From NCBI GenBank assembly GCA_964019425.1, contig OZ025795.1, positions 372,001 to 436,000 of the forward strand: DNA of 64,000 bases, given 5' to 3'. The position numbers were made by a program, and so were the translations under genes. The notes beneath the pieces were generated by a model. That model was not told the DNA's origin and did no database searches. It saw only the letters and a program-made list of their open reading frames with translations. Source of the DNA: Flectonema sp. DT1601 (Eukaryota). Below, piece after piece: positions 1 to 12,388 of the stretch (the stretch's first letter is position 1; the number at the start of each line of letters is the position of its first letter).

Positions 1-141
1 CATGATCACACTTACTAAACTGAAATCAAAGATAAGAGACTGAGACCCGACAGCCACAGCCCTGACGCATAGTAACGAAAGAAAAGCAATATTTTTATTC
101 ACAAATAGTAGTAAAAGTAGTACTCTACCATCAACTACTGT

Positions 142-1691
142 TTAAAGTACCTTGAGAAAGCTTTCATGTACGGCATCTTTCGTACTAGTTGTCTCCAGAA
201 GTCTTCGACGGTTTTAATATCTTTATGACGTCTGTTCATATTCTTAGACACTCTCAAAACCATTAAATTCCATTTCGTGACGTTAACAGGAAGCTCTTCG
301 TCGTCGTATTGAACGTGAAAACCGGCTATTTTACTGTTTTTTTTTGGGAATAAAATGTGTTGATTGTCTTATTTAGGTGGATATTGATTTTTTTTAAAAA
401 AAGAAAATAATAATAATAAAGCATACTTTAATACATCACGAGGTTCAGCTTTCTCCTTATCTCCATAGAATCCTTCAAATTGCCATTTTTGACCAGACAC
501 CAAAATTGCACAGACATAAGGCCATTCTTCTGGTCTCCTGTAGTTGTTTTAGTTTTTTTTTTTTTTTGTCTTTTTTTGTTTTTTTCTGTTTCAAAATAAA
601 TTAAATACAAACATTTGCTTCACATTATCTCTAACAAGAAAATCTGTGAAAGGACAGTTAGACCTGTCGACTTTCATAACCTGACCTGACGGTAGGATTT
701 CATGTTTAACCTTCAGAGGATCCTCCCACTTACCAGATGCTAAGAATGATCTCGCATTTCTTATATTAACAGCTGAAGTGATAGAACTCGGAACGAATAT
801 GATTGGACGGATCGAAGGAGTTAATGAAAGCTGTTTTGGTAAAGACTTCGAAAGGACTCTAATCGTTCTTGTTAAGATCTTGTGGATGTGTTCATTAGTA
901 GCGTGTGGTTGAAACGAATTACGAATACTGTCGTATCCGAAACACTCGTCTCTAAATGAACATAACTTCTTACTGACAACATAGTTGACAGGTGCTAAGG
1001 CTTTTACTTTTAGTGTTTCTATGTCGTATTCAGACATTCTCTTTAGGATTTGCTCACATCTGTCATGACATTGTTTTAATTTCTTATTACTATTAGTTGG
1101 TCTTACAGCAGGACCAATTGCAGGTCCAATAATTGGTGTTGCTCCTGACAACCGAGACGATGTCTGCGATCCAATGTCATCATAAACGGGACTCGCTTCA
1201 TACGCAGTTTTTGGTCGTTTTTTACGATATTTTGTTATATCTGTGTGGCTTCCAGCATCTCTACTGCTTCGGGTACCCGCAGAAGACAGGTATTCACTTG
1301 CACTAATTTCACTACCACCTCCATAGTTTGATACCTGACCAGTGATATTAATTACTGAATCAAAGAAACCTTCTTGTTGAGAAGGAACATCTTTACCCAT
1401 TTTTTGATACAAGAAGTCGTGAACTTTTGCTTTTCTTGATCTCAAACTCTCACCCACACTGATTAGAGGAGTTGTATGTTTCTCTGTCTGTGCAGTACTC
1501 GATGATATTAACTGTCGAAGAGACTCTCTTGGTAGCTCTGCAGCAACAGCGTTATTCATGCTATTTATATCATGGAGGGTGGGATAAGTTTCAGAAGCAG
1601 TAGGTTCATCATTTGATGCGAAGTATCTATCGACGTAAGTCTCCCACTCAGAATAAGCGCTTTCAAAAGTCTTCTTTTCGGTGGTCGTCAT
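142..1691 (-). CDS. CDC73: Parafibromin / Cdc73 (PAF1 complex subunit), 3 exons: 1691-613, 537-427, 333-142
   Basis: Exon 1 has PIIFVPSSITSAVNIRNARSFLASGKW. Joining GT-AG introns 612-538 and 426-334 gives RPEEWPYVCAILVSGQKWQFEGF...KIAGFHVQYDDEELPVNVTKWNLMVLRVSKNMNRRHKDIKTVEDFWRQL, matching the Cdc73 C-terminal domain. Start taken at MTTTEKK; an upstream exon is not excluded. Confidence 0.85.
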
Positions 1692-2072
1692 TTTTCCTAC
1701 CTGCCTATGGGGGAGAAAAAAAAAATTCAACAAAAAAAAAAAAAAAAAAAAAAAAACCTCACCAAATATCACTCATAACATTAGTTGCTGTAATAAAGAA
1801 GAATCATTCAATGGATGTGTTTTAAAAAATAAAAAATTTCTTTTTTTCTTTTTTTCCCCCAGGGATAGGACAGAAAAAAGAAAAAAAATAAGAGGGAAGA
1901 CACCACTGCAGTTCCCCTCGAAAAGTATCAAAAGAAAAAAAAAATTATTATTCATAAGCCTATATTATGTAAAGAAAGTGAGCTCCAGGAGAAGCTTTAA
2001 AAATATTTATTCTGAAAAAAAATAAAAAAAGGGACGCCAAGTCGTTTTAAACTGATTACAGAATTCTAAGTT

Positions 2073-2109
<37 letters not shown>

Positions 2110-2241
2110 AAATCTGAATGAAGTAATAATAAAAACAAAATAATAAAATAATCTCACTGAGCAATCAATCAATTCCCTCTTGTTAAGACCCCCTCAAACA
2201 GGATGCAGATTCTCAAAGAAGAATATTAAAATGAATTTATA

Positions 2242-2287
<46 letters not shown>

Positions 2288-2836
2288 AGAGCTCTGAAGG
2301 GAACCCGACACCAGTCATAAGGAATTGTTTCCATTGAAATCCGTGTTTCTATTTACCTTTCGTGATTGCTTTCTTTATAACGAGGTGAAACTTTGACAAT
2401 GTAAAAATAGCAACAACCTTAAGTTGTCTGTCAAAGAAAAGGTACGGTTAGAAGAAAGAAAATAAAACACATAATGATTTATAATGAAGGGAGAGAAAAA
2501 AATATAACACCTCGATGACAGAGAGTTTGTCGCATTCGCGAGCAAAAACATATGCGCGAAGAAAACAACCATTTTCCGCTTTTTCTGTTTTATTTAATAT
2601 GGAATACTTCTTTCACAAATATTAAAAAAAAAAAAAAAAAAAAATGTTCTTTCGAACTATAAAAGGAAAATAACTGACCAGAGTTTACTACAATAAAAAT
2701 AAAAAAATAAAGGGGATAGGCGGATTCTATGTATTGAGACGTACTGGGAGGTTAATCCTTTCGGACTTAAATTTTATTATTAAGTTGAAGAAGGTTATTA
2801 TTACTTCTCTACCATGCGTGGTTGATGGGGAGCTAT

Positions 2837-3094
2837 TTACATTCTCCGACGACACCGCTTAGGTAGAATTGCATTTGGTGGTGGGAGATGTAAAACGTTT
2901 AATACCGCCTGCGCCTGATTGATTAAAAAGAACTCTTCCTCATGTGTGCGACCAGAACTTGTTGAAGAACTCCCTGCAGATGGTTGTCTCCTAGCCGCTA
3001 TCGATCTCCCAGTTGGTCGAGGCTTTGATGCAGTTCTCCTTCCACCAGAACAGCTTCTTCGTCGAATCGGTTTTCTTCTATTTTCTGATGACAT
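2837..3094 (-). CDS. Small basic hypothetical protein (85 aa)
   Basis: ATG-initiated ORF in a GC-richer island between AT-rich spacers, same strand as neighbouring genes; no recognisable motif. Confidence 0.35.
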   Translation of the reverse strand: MSSENRRKPIRRRSCSGGRRTASKPRPTGRSIAARRQPSAGSSSTSSGRTHEEEFFLINQAQAVLNVLHLPPPNAILPKRCRRRM

Positions 3095-3509
3095 TTTTAT
3101 TACCCTGTCGTTGATAAGTATGATGGTGTCTAACTTTATTTATTAAAAGGGTAAGTGGGGTAACTCTTGGGTTGTTATTTTCTTTTTTTCTTTTTTTTTT
3201 TTCTTTTTTTCTTAACGAAAACATGAATGTACTATTTACAATTAGTGACTTCTACTGGAAAGCAGTGCCACAAACAGAACTTATTGAATAAAACTGCGTA
3301 GAAATGTTTACAACTTCATTCGGTGATGTGTAAGTGAGAGACAGTTTTCTTCTTCTCTTTTTTTTGAAGCTTAGACAAACGAGTGCCGTCCAACAGCTAT
3401 TCTACTTCACTCTTTTCAATTAGATTGGCAATTTGAACAAAGAAAACTACTACCTTAACCTGATTAGAAAACTGACTAAACAAAGTGCTACTACATAATG
3501 TTTTTCACA

Positions 3510-4040
3510 CTATCTTACTGTAGAACTAAATGCCAAGTCTCCAGCGAATCTTGTTATGTCGCAAGACTTCAACGCATGACTGAATTGAGCCTCGGGAGCC
3601 ACCAACGGCTTTGAAAGCCACCCGATTTCTTGAGCTTCTGTAATCGGGTTTATATATTTATCAACAGGTGTTTTTTGTACAGATAGAAGACAGTCGCGAA
3701 TTTCTTCAGCAGTTTTCTGGATTCGTTCTCTGTTAGAATCGACTTCGTCAGATTCACTTGTTACATTCCAATTGATGTCGTTGTTGACTTGAGAAAGTAG
3801 CTCACTGTTGGCTGATTTTCCCATCTGCTGTTGGATGCTCTCAAGTAAGAATCGTTCTTTTGAAAGAAATCGCTTTGATCTTTTTGTGATATTTTCACAA
3901 ACAGGTTTAGTCTTTGCTAGCCTATAAGGATTTACTGAAAATTTCTCTTTTGAATTCCGATATTGTGATTCTGTCCTAACGTGTTCCTTCCAAATCTTTT
4001 CCTTCGCAACTTCACTAATTTTACTATTCTTCCAGTTCAT
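3510..4040 (-). CDS. FAM183/CFAP144-like cilia-associated protein (176 aa)
   Basis: N-terminal IWKEHVRTE and C-terminal TPVDKYINPITEAQEIGWLSKPL...KSCDITRF resemble the FAM183 family as I recall it. Confidence 0.65.
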   Translation of the reverse strand: MNWKNSKISEVAKEKIWKEHVRTESQYRNSKEKFSVNPYRLAKTKPVCENITKRSKRFLSKERFLLESIQQQMGKSANSELLSQVNNDINWNVTSESDEVDSNRERIQKTAEEIRDCLLSVQKTPVDKYINPITEAQEIGWLSKPLVAPEAQFSHALKSCDITRFAGDLAFSSTVR

Positions 4041-4673
4041 TTTTTTTTTTTTAAAAAAAAGGTCCCTTACTTCTGCTAAGAAAATTATTATGATTTAAAA
4101 AAAAGTAAATAAATAAATAACTATGTAATATAGGTTTACTCCTATTCTTTTTTTTCTTTTTTTTTTTTTTGTATTTCTTTTTTTCTCGTCCGTTAGTTGT
4201 TATTTTAAAAATCGATATCGTTATTGACAACCAAAACCATGAACTTGAAGAGAGCCTCTTCGTGTAACTCAGACCGCAATATGCGAGATGAGGCGAGACT
4301 GAATAAAGGGAAACAAGGGGGGAAGTGTGTTTGAGAATATTTATAAAGACATAAATATAAGTATTGTATCAGAGCTAACAAAATCAAACGTTAATTATTT
4401 ATAATACAATTAGAGGGGGACATGGGTTATCGTTTAAGAACAGCAAACAAGCTCGTTGCCAAAACTTGTCGTTTTTATTAATTTATTTTTTTCGATGCGA
4501 TTATTGGAACATATCTTCTGAAGTAATGTTTCCTCGTCTTTGTTGTTCTGTTCAATTGTTTCTTTTGTTTTTTCTTAGTTTTATTTTTATGAGGCAAGCA
4601 CAACCAAAGATCTGAAGTGTCGTTCACAAGAAACGATGCCTGTGTAGAGTAATTTGGATATCACACAAACCAT

Positions 4674-5420
4674 TTACGGAATAACAAGATGTGCCTTCTC
4701 AACATGTGGGATAAGAAGAGTCTCATGTTGGTAGTAATCACATGATGAAGGAGGCTTAAGTGGTCCGAACACTTGAATTGGTTTTATATCTTCCATCTTG
4801 AAGCCACACTTCAATAAATGTGGAAGTTGTGTCTCTGCGAAGAGTTCCTCCCAAGCAGCCTTATCATCCTTGTTGGTATAACGAGGACGAAGAACTCCAA
4901 GAGAAGTCAAGTTGCAATAGGTTAAAACACCTCCCGGCTTTAAAATCCTCGGAGCGTGTTTGATAAAATCAAACTGATGAATATGTTGTGACTCCTCATT
5001 GTTTGGATAAGTGTCGTAGTAAATTCCATCGAATTCACTATCTGGGAGAGTACTGACAACATCCTGCCAAAGACCAAACTTTGGAATTACCTTGTGTGGC
5101 TGTTTCTCAGCCCATACTACCAACTTTTCAAAAACTTGTTTGTTAGCCTCGATGATAACATGTTCTTCTATGTCATGTGTTTGGATGGCGCTGGCACTCA
5201 AAGCGAGTCCGAAGCCAACTTCAAGAATTCTTCCTCCCTTGCTGCAAGCTACCTTAACAATAGCGTCTTGGTAAGGTTTCTCCCAACTCTCCATTACTGG
5301 ATGGCCATCGATGTAAACAATGTCTTCTGTTATCTCAGAAGGCTTGTTTTGCCACAACTTTGGGTCCTCTCCCTTAACTAGACCGTGGTATCCTGACTCT
5401 GGCTGCTTCTCAGTACTCAT
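4674..5420 (-). CDS. GAMT: Guanidinoacetate N-methyltransferase, copy 1 (248 aa)
   Basis: GHPVMESWEKPY, GGRILEVGFGL (SAM motif I), EHVIIEAN, GLWQDV, FDGIYYDTYP, HQFDFIK, LKPGGVLTYCNLTS follow animal GAMT closely. Confidence 0.88.
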   Translation of the reverse strand: MSTEKQPESGYHGLVKGEDPKLWQNKPSEITEDIVYIDGHPVMESWEKPYQDAIVKVACSKGGRILEVGFGLALSASAIQTHDIEEHVIIEANKQVFEKLVVWAEKQPHKVIPKFGLWQDVVSTLPDSEFDGIYYDTYPNNEESQHIHQFDFIKHAPRILKPGGVLTYCNLTSLGVLRPRYTNKDDKAAWEELFAETQLPHLLKCGFKMEDIKPIQVFGPLKPPSSCDYYQHETLLIPHVEKAHLVIP

Positions 5421-5972
5421 TGTTGTGTTTTTGTTGTGAAATCTGAAAAAAGAAATGTTGCAATAACATAAGCCAGACTAAACTAAACTAAACCTGAGTC
5501 TATTCCCAGTGATATGTGCTACTCGTTTGTCAACTCCTACGGTATGTATTTACATCTGAAAAATGTGAATTTGAAGAAACATAATCCGAACAACTAGCAG
5601 TCTTAGTAAAGGAATAGCTATCGTTATCAAAAAAGACCTCTTCGTGTAACTCAGACCGCAATATGCGAGAGTGAGACGAGATCGAATAAAGGGAAACAGG
5701 GGGAACATGGGTTATCGTTTAAGAAGAGCAACAAGCTCGTTGCCAAAGCTTTTTGTTAATTTGAAATTGTTTTTATTATTTTATTTTTTTTCGATGCGAT
5801 TATTGGAACATATCTTCTGAAGTAATGTTTCCTCGTCTTTGTTGTTCTGTTCAATTTTTTCTTTTGTTTTTTCTTAGTTTTGTTTTTATGAGGCAAGCAC
5901 AACCAAAGATCTGAAGTGTCGTTCACAAGAAACGATGCCTGTGTAGATTAATTTGTATATCTCACAAACCAT

Positions 5973-6719
5973 TTACGGAATAACAAGATGTGCCTTCTCA
6001 ACATGTGGGATAAGAAGAGTCTCATGTTGGTAGTAATCACATGATGAAGGAGGCTTAAGTGGTCCGAACACTTGAATTGGTTTTATATCTTCCATCTTGA
6101 AGCCACACTTCAATAAATGTGGAAGTTGTGTCTCTGCGAAGAGTTCCTCCCAAGCAGCCTTATCATCCTTGTTGGTATAACGAGGACGAAGAACTCCAAG
6201 AGAAGTCAAGTTGCAATAGGTTAAAACACCTCCCGGCTTTAGAATCCTCGGAGCGTGTTTGATAAAATCAAACTGATGAATATGTTGTGACTCCTCATTG
6301 TTTGGATAAGTGTCGTAGTAAATTCCATCGAATTCACTATCTGGGAGAGTACTGACAACATCCTGCCAAAGACCAAACTTTGGAATTACCTTGTGTGGCT
6401 GTTTCTCAGCCCATACTACCAACTTTTCAAAAACTTGTTTGTTAGCCTCGATGATAACATGTTCTTCTATGTCATGTGTTTGGATGGCGCTGGCACTCAA
6501 AGCGAGTCCGAAGCCAACTTCAAGAATTCTTCCTCCCTTGCTGCAAGCTACCTTAACAATAGCGTCTTGGTAAGGTTTCTCCCAACTCTCCATTACTGGA
6601 TGGCCATCGATGTAAACAATGTCTTCTGTTATCTCAGAAGGCTTGTTTTGCCACAACTTTGGGTCCTCTCCCTTAACTAGACCGTGGTATCCTGACTCTG
6701 GCTGCTTCTCAGTACTCAT
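5973..6719 (-). CDS. GAMT: Guanidinoacetate N-methyltransferase, copy 2 (identical 248-aa protein)
   Basis: Same protein as copy 1, offset 1299 bp; start at MSTEKQ (6719) by comparison with copy 1. Confidence 0.88.
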   Translation of the reverse strand: MSTEKQPESGYHGLVKGEDPKLWQNKPSEITEDIVYIDGHPVMESWEKPYQDAIVKVACSKGGRILEVGFGLALSASAIQTHDIEEHVIIEANKQVFEKLVVWAEKQPHKVIPKFGLWQDVVSTLPDSEFDGIYYDTYPNNEESQHIHQFDFIKHAPRILKPGGVLTYCNLTSLGVLRPRYTNKDDKAAWEELFAETQLPHLLKCGFKMEDIKPIQVFGPLKPPSSCDYYQHETLLIPHVEKAHLVIP

Positions 6720-7007
6720 TGGTGTGTTTTTGTTGTGAAATCTGAAGAAGAAATGTTGCAATAACATAAACCAGAGTAAACTAAACCAAACCTGAGTCTA
6801 TTCCCAGTAATCTGTGCTACTCGTTTATCATCTCCTGGTTGAAGAATAGGAATTGAAGAAAACATAATTGAATTCAATAAGCGGTTTAGTTAAAGAAACA
6901 AACAAGCTGAGCGGAAGCTTAGCACATTCATTTTAAGGAGAACTTAGCAAGGCACGGCCCGCAAGTGGAATTACGTCACATCGATCTCGAAGTACTCTAA
7001 ATGGTCA

Positions 7008-7772
7008 TTACTGTTGACGAAGAGGAGAATGATAAACAATATGAGAAGACGCATCTGAGCTATTGGGAGAGTAACTGTGAGTGTCTTCGATTGTTGACGA
7101 AGACTGACAACACTCACTATCAGTACTGTCAATAAATGATAAAAAGGTTTTTGCAACAGGCGGATTTTTAATGTCTGCCTTAACACTACGTGAAGACCAT
7201 ATTGAAGGGGTCTCAGCCATGTGTTGCCGAACATTTATTTTTCCAGACACCCTCGATGACATTGCAGAGAGAGGTCTTTGAGAAGATGCATTTTGTTTAT
7301 AATCAGAGAATGAACCATTCATAGATCGAGTGAACTTAGAAGAGTTGGTCATGTTCTTTTTAGAATCTTTCATCTGATGAGTCTTCTCCTTTCGTTCGCG
7401 GGATTGGACTGCCACACAAGCTTTCTTTAAAGTAAAGATTGAAAGTACTGCTTCCTGATGACGTGCTTCTACTTCTTGCATTTCCGCCTCATGAATCGCA
7501 TTATCAACTACGTGTTCTATAGAGTTTGAACTCTTCTTCGTATTAAATAGTACTCCAGACTTACTCATCATTCCATTGCTCGTGAGAGACTTTTTCCAAG
7601 CTCGTCTTCCCCAGTGCAAACACAGCGCCTTGTCTCTCAGACTGTTATATTCCTCTGGGTGAGTGCTTTCTAACCAACGTAGATCAAAGTCGGGTTTTTT
7701 ATTCTTTGCTCCTGTTCCTCGAGACTTTCTCCTCGAGCGTATGGCACTGATGCCCATTCCATAACATTGCAT
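7008..7772 (-). CDS. Hypothetical protein (254 aa, Ser-rich C-terminus)
   Basis: Long open frame within the gene cluster; no recognised family; extra upstream exons possible. Confidence 0.55.
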   Translation of the reverse strand: MQCYGMGISAIRSRRKSRGTGAKNKKPDFDLRWLESTHPEEYNSLRDKALCLHWGRRAWKKSLTSNGMMSKSGVLFNTKKSSNSIEHVVDNAIHEAEMQEVEARHQEAVLSIFTLKKACVAVQSRERKEKTHQMKDSKKNMTNSSKFTRSMNGSFSDYKQNASSQRPLSAMSSRVSGKINVRQHMAETPSIWSSRSVKADIKNPPVAKTFLSFIDSTDSECCQSSSTIEDTHSYSPNSSDASSHIVYHSPLRQQ

Positions 7773-9077
7773 TTATAAAGTGTAATTGAAGCCAACCAAT
7801 TCTATTGTAAAGGTAATATTAATTCACGTGGTCAAAAGTGAAAATCAAAGGATTCACTTTCACAGAAGATGGCCGCATTACTGTATCTTCTTTAGACCTG
7901 AAGAAGGGTAGTTTTTAAAAAACAGAAATTCGGATTGCTCAGCAACTCAATTGTTATCGGGTTTGGGTACCTCTTCAGTTGCAGTATCCACAAACTCTTC
8001 TTCTCTTGGCCAAAGCATGCCCAATAAGTAGTTCATAATTACACTAACCGGCTTAAAAGAAAAGGGGGGACAAAAAGAAAACAAAATAAAAAGAAAACGG
8101 GCGTCGTGGGTATAAAGATGAAGAGACAATTGCAAAACTGGTAAATTATAAACGAACAATGATGCAAACATTTTTTTTAAAGTGTACGTAGCTGTCAAAC
8201 CGCGAAAAAGAAAGAATGAAAAAAAAGAATTATCACGATGAGAATTAATTTTTTTGTGCTGTTTTTCTCATTACAATGCCAGCACGTATTCGGCCAGCTT
8301 TTCAAATAAAATTGTAAGGCGAGATAGCAGACAGCTCTGGTACGTAACCATTCACACGAAAAGAGGCAGAAGGTGGAAAAGCCTTAAAAAGAAAAATGTA
8401 CTTCCACTCGAGTAGGTAAACTGGGGAACAGCATCAAGTATGTTTGCTGGATTTAAAAAAGGGGAATTCTTCACTAAACTTCATTTCTCCGGTTTTTTTT
8501 TTCTTTTTTTTATTTTCTTTTTTTTTTCATCTTTTTTTTTTTTTGTCTCTCACCTGAGTCTCCAAACCACTTGTCGCCCTTCGTTCTGTTCAAAAATAAA
8601 AAAATCAGTTGAAGGAATGAACGGGGAACATTGAGCGAAGGGAAAGATGAGTAGGGTAGGAGCCTCCAGCTCTCATTAACACTCGGAAATTCAATCATTA
8701 TAAATGTCACCGGAACAGAGTATCAATTGTTAAGACCGGTCTACATTATGCAGATGTTTGTCGGCAAACGCTAACATATCGGAGCATGATACGAACACCC
8801 GCTGAAAGGCATAACTTCGGAACAGGAGGCGTACTCAACAATAACATGGAGACAGAAAACACATTTTACGGGTTAACAAAAAAAAATACCTCCGCAATAC
8901 GAACCAGGCTCCAATCGTGGAATCCCGCTAGGAAACCTGTTCATGAAAGGTAATTATTTTCCCCTATTTCTCGGAGAGTAGGGACGAAGGGGAAAAAGGT
9001 GGAGGAAAAGGGAGGCAATACAACACCAAAGAAAAAAAACACGAAAAGAGTGCATCAAGACAGTACCAAATCACTTA

Positions 9078-11072
9078 TCATTTGCGAGTTTTACGCTCGT
9101 AGTACATCTTCACCCACTCGGGACTGATCTTGTCGAGGGCAAGCTGTTTTATTTTTTTTTATAACAGGGAAAACGTGTGATCGCGTAAATGGAAAGAGTT
9201 AACAACAGTTTTTTTCTTTTGTTTTTTTGCTGTTGGATTTACCCGCCAATCAATCGGATACCTTAATGCGCACAGCGCTCGTCTGCCAAGAATAAAACAT
9301 ACCTTAGGGAAGATTCTCAACAACTCCCAGCAGAGGTCGAGTGATTCGAAGATAGTACGGTCCTCATTGTAATCCTGTGGATGAGTTATTTATTTAGATA
9401 GACGCAACGTTTATTCCTCGATGACATTGAAATACTCATCACACATGACAATAGGGGATCAAATAACTGAATACATACCTGCTCTAAGAATTTCTCTTCG
9501 AATTTAATAAGGAACTCGAGGAATCTCTTGTCTTCTTCGTTCAAAGCTTCTTCACCAACAACGGCCTTCATTGCCTGGGCATCCTTTGCCATCGCGTATG
9601 CTGCGTACATCTGGTTGCAGACACCTGAATGGTCCTCACGGGTCATCAATTCTTTGGTTTCATCGTCTCTTCCAATAGCGTTCTTCATTAATCTGCTCAA
9701 TGATGGAAGGATGTTAATTGGTGGGTAGATACCCTTGTTGTTCAATTGTCTATCAACATAGATTTGTCCCTCAGTAATGTAACCCGTCAAATCAGGGATA
9801 GGGTGAGTAATGTCTGTTGTTTATTTGTTTAGCTTGTGTTACTTTCCATAAAATAATCCCAGCTAAGCGTTCTCAATTAACGCTATTTCAGTTGCAGTAA
9901 AACTCAGTAAATGATAATAATAAAAACATACCATCGTTAGGCATAGTAAGAATTGGGAACTGGGTGATCGATCCACTTCTACCGTTAACACGTCCTGCAC
10001 GTTCGTAGATGCAGGCTAAATCGGTATACATATAACCTGGGTAACCACGTCTACCCGGAACTTCTTCTCTGGCAGCTGAGACCTCACGAAGGGCATCGGC
10101 GTATGAAGACATGTCAGTTAAGATGACGAGGACGTGAAGACCACAGTCATAGGCGAGGTATTCAGCGGTGGTTAGAGCCAAACGTGGGGTGATGATACGC
10201 TCGATAGTTGGATCGTTGGCAAGGTTCAAGAAGACAACGGCTTTTGAAAGTGCACCGTTCTGCTCGAATTCCTCCTTGAAGAAACGCGCGGTTTCCTGGT
10301 TCACACCCATCGCAGCAAACACAACAGCGAATTCTTCCTTCTTTCCCTCCTCACCCGGTTGCTGTACCAAACCTGCCTGTCTCACAATTTGAGCAGCAAT
10401 TTCGTTATGCGGAAGACCAGCTCCGGAGAATAGAGGAATCTTTTGACCTCTCGCAATAGACATCATCACGTCGATTGAAGAGATACCTGTATTGTTATCA
10501 TTCCAGTGAAGAAGAAACGTACTACTACGATTAACACAAAAAAGATGGCTTTGATTACCATTAACAGAAATAAAATTGATAAAATGCATACCAGTTTGAA
10601 TCATCTGCTTTGGGTATTCTCTTGACTGTGGGTTGATAGGGATACCGGAAATGTCACGGTACTGTTCGGCAATAACGTCACCACCACCATCAATAGGTTT
10701 TCCTGATCCGTTGAAGATTCTTCCAAGCATATCTTCTGCAACTCCAAATTCAAGAATCTTTCCAGTGAACTCGCAGTGACTCTTCTGTGCGTCAATTCCT
10801 GATGTTCCCTCAAAAACCTGAACGACAGCCTTTGTACCATCTACTTCTAGCACCTGACCTCTTCTCTTTTCGCCATCTGGAAGCTCGATTGTTACAATTT
10901 CAGCGAACTTTGGGAGTCTGACGTTCTCCAAAATAACAAGCGGACCATTAACAGCGGTGATAGTACGGTAGTCCAATCTTGGCTTTAATTTGTATTCTTT
11001 CTTCAAGTCTTCCAAGTGCTTCTGAAGGAGCTCTTCCTTGGATTTTGGTGCAGCAGAATCGTGTTCTCCCAT
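9078..11072 (-). CDS. VMA2: V-type H+-ATPase subunit B, 5 exons: 11072-10592, 10486-9932, 9813-9479, 9374-9303, 9143-9078
   Basis: [90 protein letters not shown]. Four GTATG..CAG introns restore a continuous frame; intron 1 (105 nt) is in frame and stop-free, which explains the insertion in the ORF track. Confidence 0.95.
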
Positions 11073-11189
11073 TTTATGTGGCCTAATATATCCTGAAAGG
11101 AAATGAAACCGTTAAAAGAAATTCAACAACTACTTTACATCACTTAACCTTCGCAATCAGAAGCATTGCACTAATATTATATGGTTCGA

Positions 11190-11400
11190 CCCATGAATGC
11201 AAGGTTTAGGGTGTCAAACTCATAAGCCGCACTGAAAGGGACTTTATGTGCCAACCCCTGGGGGTGCAGCACAGCCCGATCCCGATTTATTGGAAAAGGA
11301 TTTGAGGTAAAGTACACTTGTTGGGACCCGAAAAATGGTGAACTATGCCTGGATAGGACGAAGCCGGGGGAAAGTCTGGTGGAGGTCCGTTGCGGTGTCG
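11190..11400 (+). pseudogene. Degenerate fragment of large-subunit (25S/28S) rRNA
   Basis: GGATTTGAG...TGTTGGGACCCGAAAAATGGTGAACTATGCCTGGATAGGACGAAGCC...CTGGTGGAGG matches the conserved LSU core (GACCCGAAAGATGGTGAACTATGCCTG) with substitutions. Only about 200 bp, with no flanking rDNA. Confidence 0.8.
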
Positions 11401-11429
11401 ATTGAACTTGAATGATAGAAGCACGGTTG

Positions 11430-12240
11430 TTTCTTCGTTTGTTTTGATGGCACGAGGTTACTTTGTTCTCACTCCACCATCGGTCACTTCCTCACATGGT
11501 ATTAGAAAATCAGAGCCACCGAACATTTGCCAGATGTGATCGTATCCTCTCGCGTTGTGGAAGTAGATTGGGACATCTCCACAGATTACATTACTGCTGA
11601 TGTTTATGTTGCAAGCTGAACGCGAAACTCTTCATTCACGTTGCCTCCTATTCACACTTAATTTCTGCGAGTAATAACAACAGTCTGTAGCCGTTTGTAT
11701 TCATCTTTCCCCTTTGCAATCATCGTCATCGCCTTGATATCCTTGAATAAATGAGTATGATCCACAAACATGTTAATAGAACACATGATAGAGGGTTGTT
11801 GTAGAATGAGTGTAGTGTCTTCATCTAGTAATGCTGTCGTCGTTGTCATTATGTTCGTTGTTCAGTCTTCCGATCCCCTCACCTGTTGCATTGTCCCCAT
11901 GTGCTTATGACCTAGTGTATGTCTATTATAATCACGTAAGCAGCTTTGTGGTTTACCTTGCCAGGTTCTTATCTAACACACTTTCGAAGTCACTGGGGAG
12001 GATGAATAGTTACGAATGGACTTGCACATAAAGTAATCTTTGTAGAATAGAATGTTGATCCATCCATTCTTTGGGTTTTTGCAGTCTCCAAATTGACCGT
12101 TTGGTATAACTTTGTCGATGGTATCAAGTGTATAAAGACACACTCATTGTTCTTAGTGAACTTCATGATGTCCTTCTCCTTGGCTGGAAACTCTAAACCA
12201 TCGAAGTTGTACTAAGTAATGTGGCTCTTATGTGAGTGGC
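11430..12240 (-). pseudogene. Decayed protein-primed family-B DNA polymerase fragment (Polinton/Maverick-like)
   Basis: Manual translation gives YNFDGLEFPAKEKDIMKFTKNN (about 12212-12147), INILFYKDY, and SACNINIS...VPIYFHNARGYDH (about 11620-11536; pPolB exonuclease II HNxxGYD motif), broken by stops and frameshifts. Confidence 0.55.
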
Positions 12241-12388
12241 TGTGAACTGCAGAAGAAGTTCGATAATAACGATAAAACTAATAACAGTACCACTCACGCC
12301 GAAGTAAATCATATGTACGAAGTAAGAGAAGTGGAATAAAATACACACAAAGTAATTTTGGTATTTTATGTTTTCTTAATCATCGGTG

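Noticed and set aside
5973..6767. 16-aa N-terminal extension of GAMT copy 2
   Set aside because: Probably 5' UTR or intron sequence; the equivalent region upstream of copy 1 is annotated without it and the GAMT-like protein starts at MSTEKQ.
7947..8710. Short ORFs between the 254-aa ORF and V-ATPase B
   Set aside because: Low-complexity or non-ATG frames; a small exon near 7947-8036 is possible but I cannot support it.
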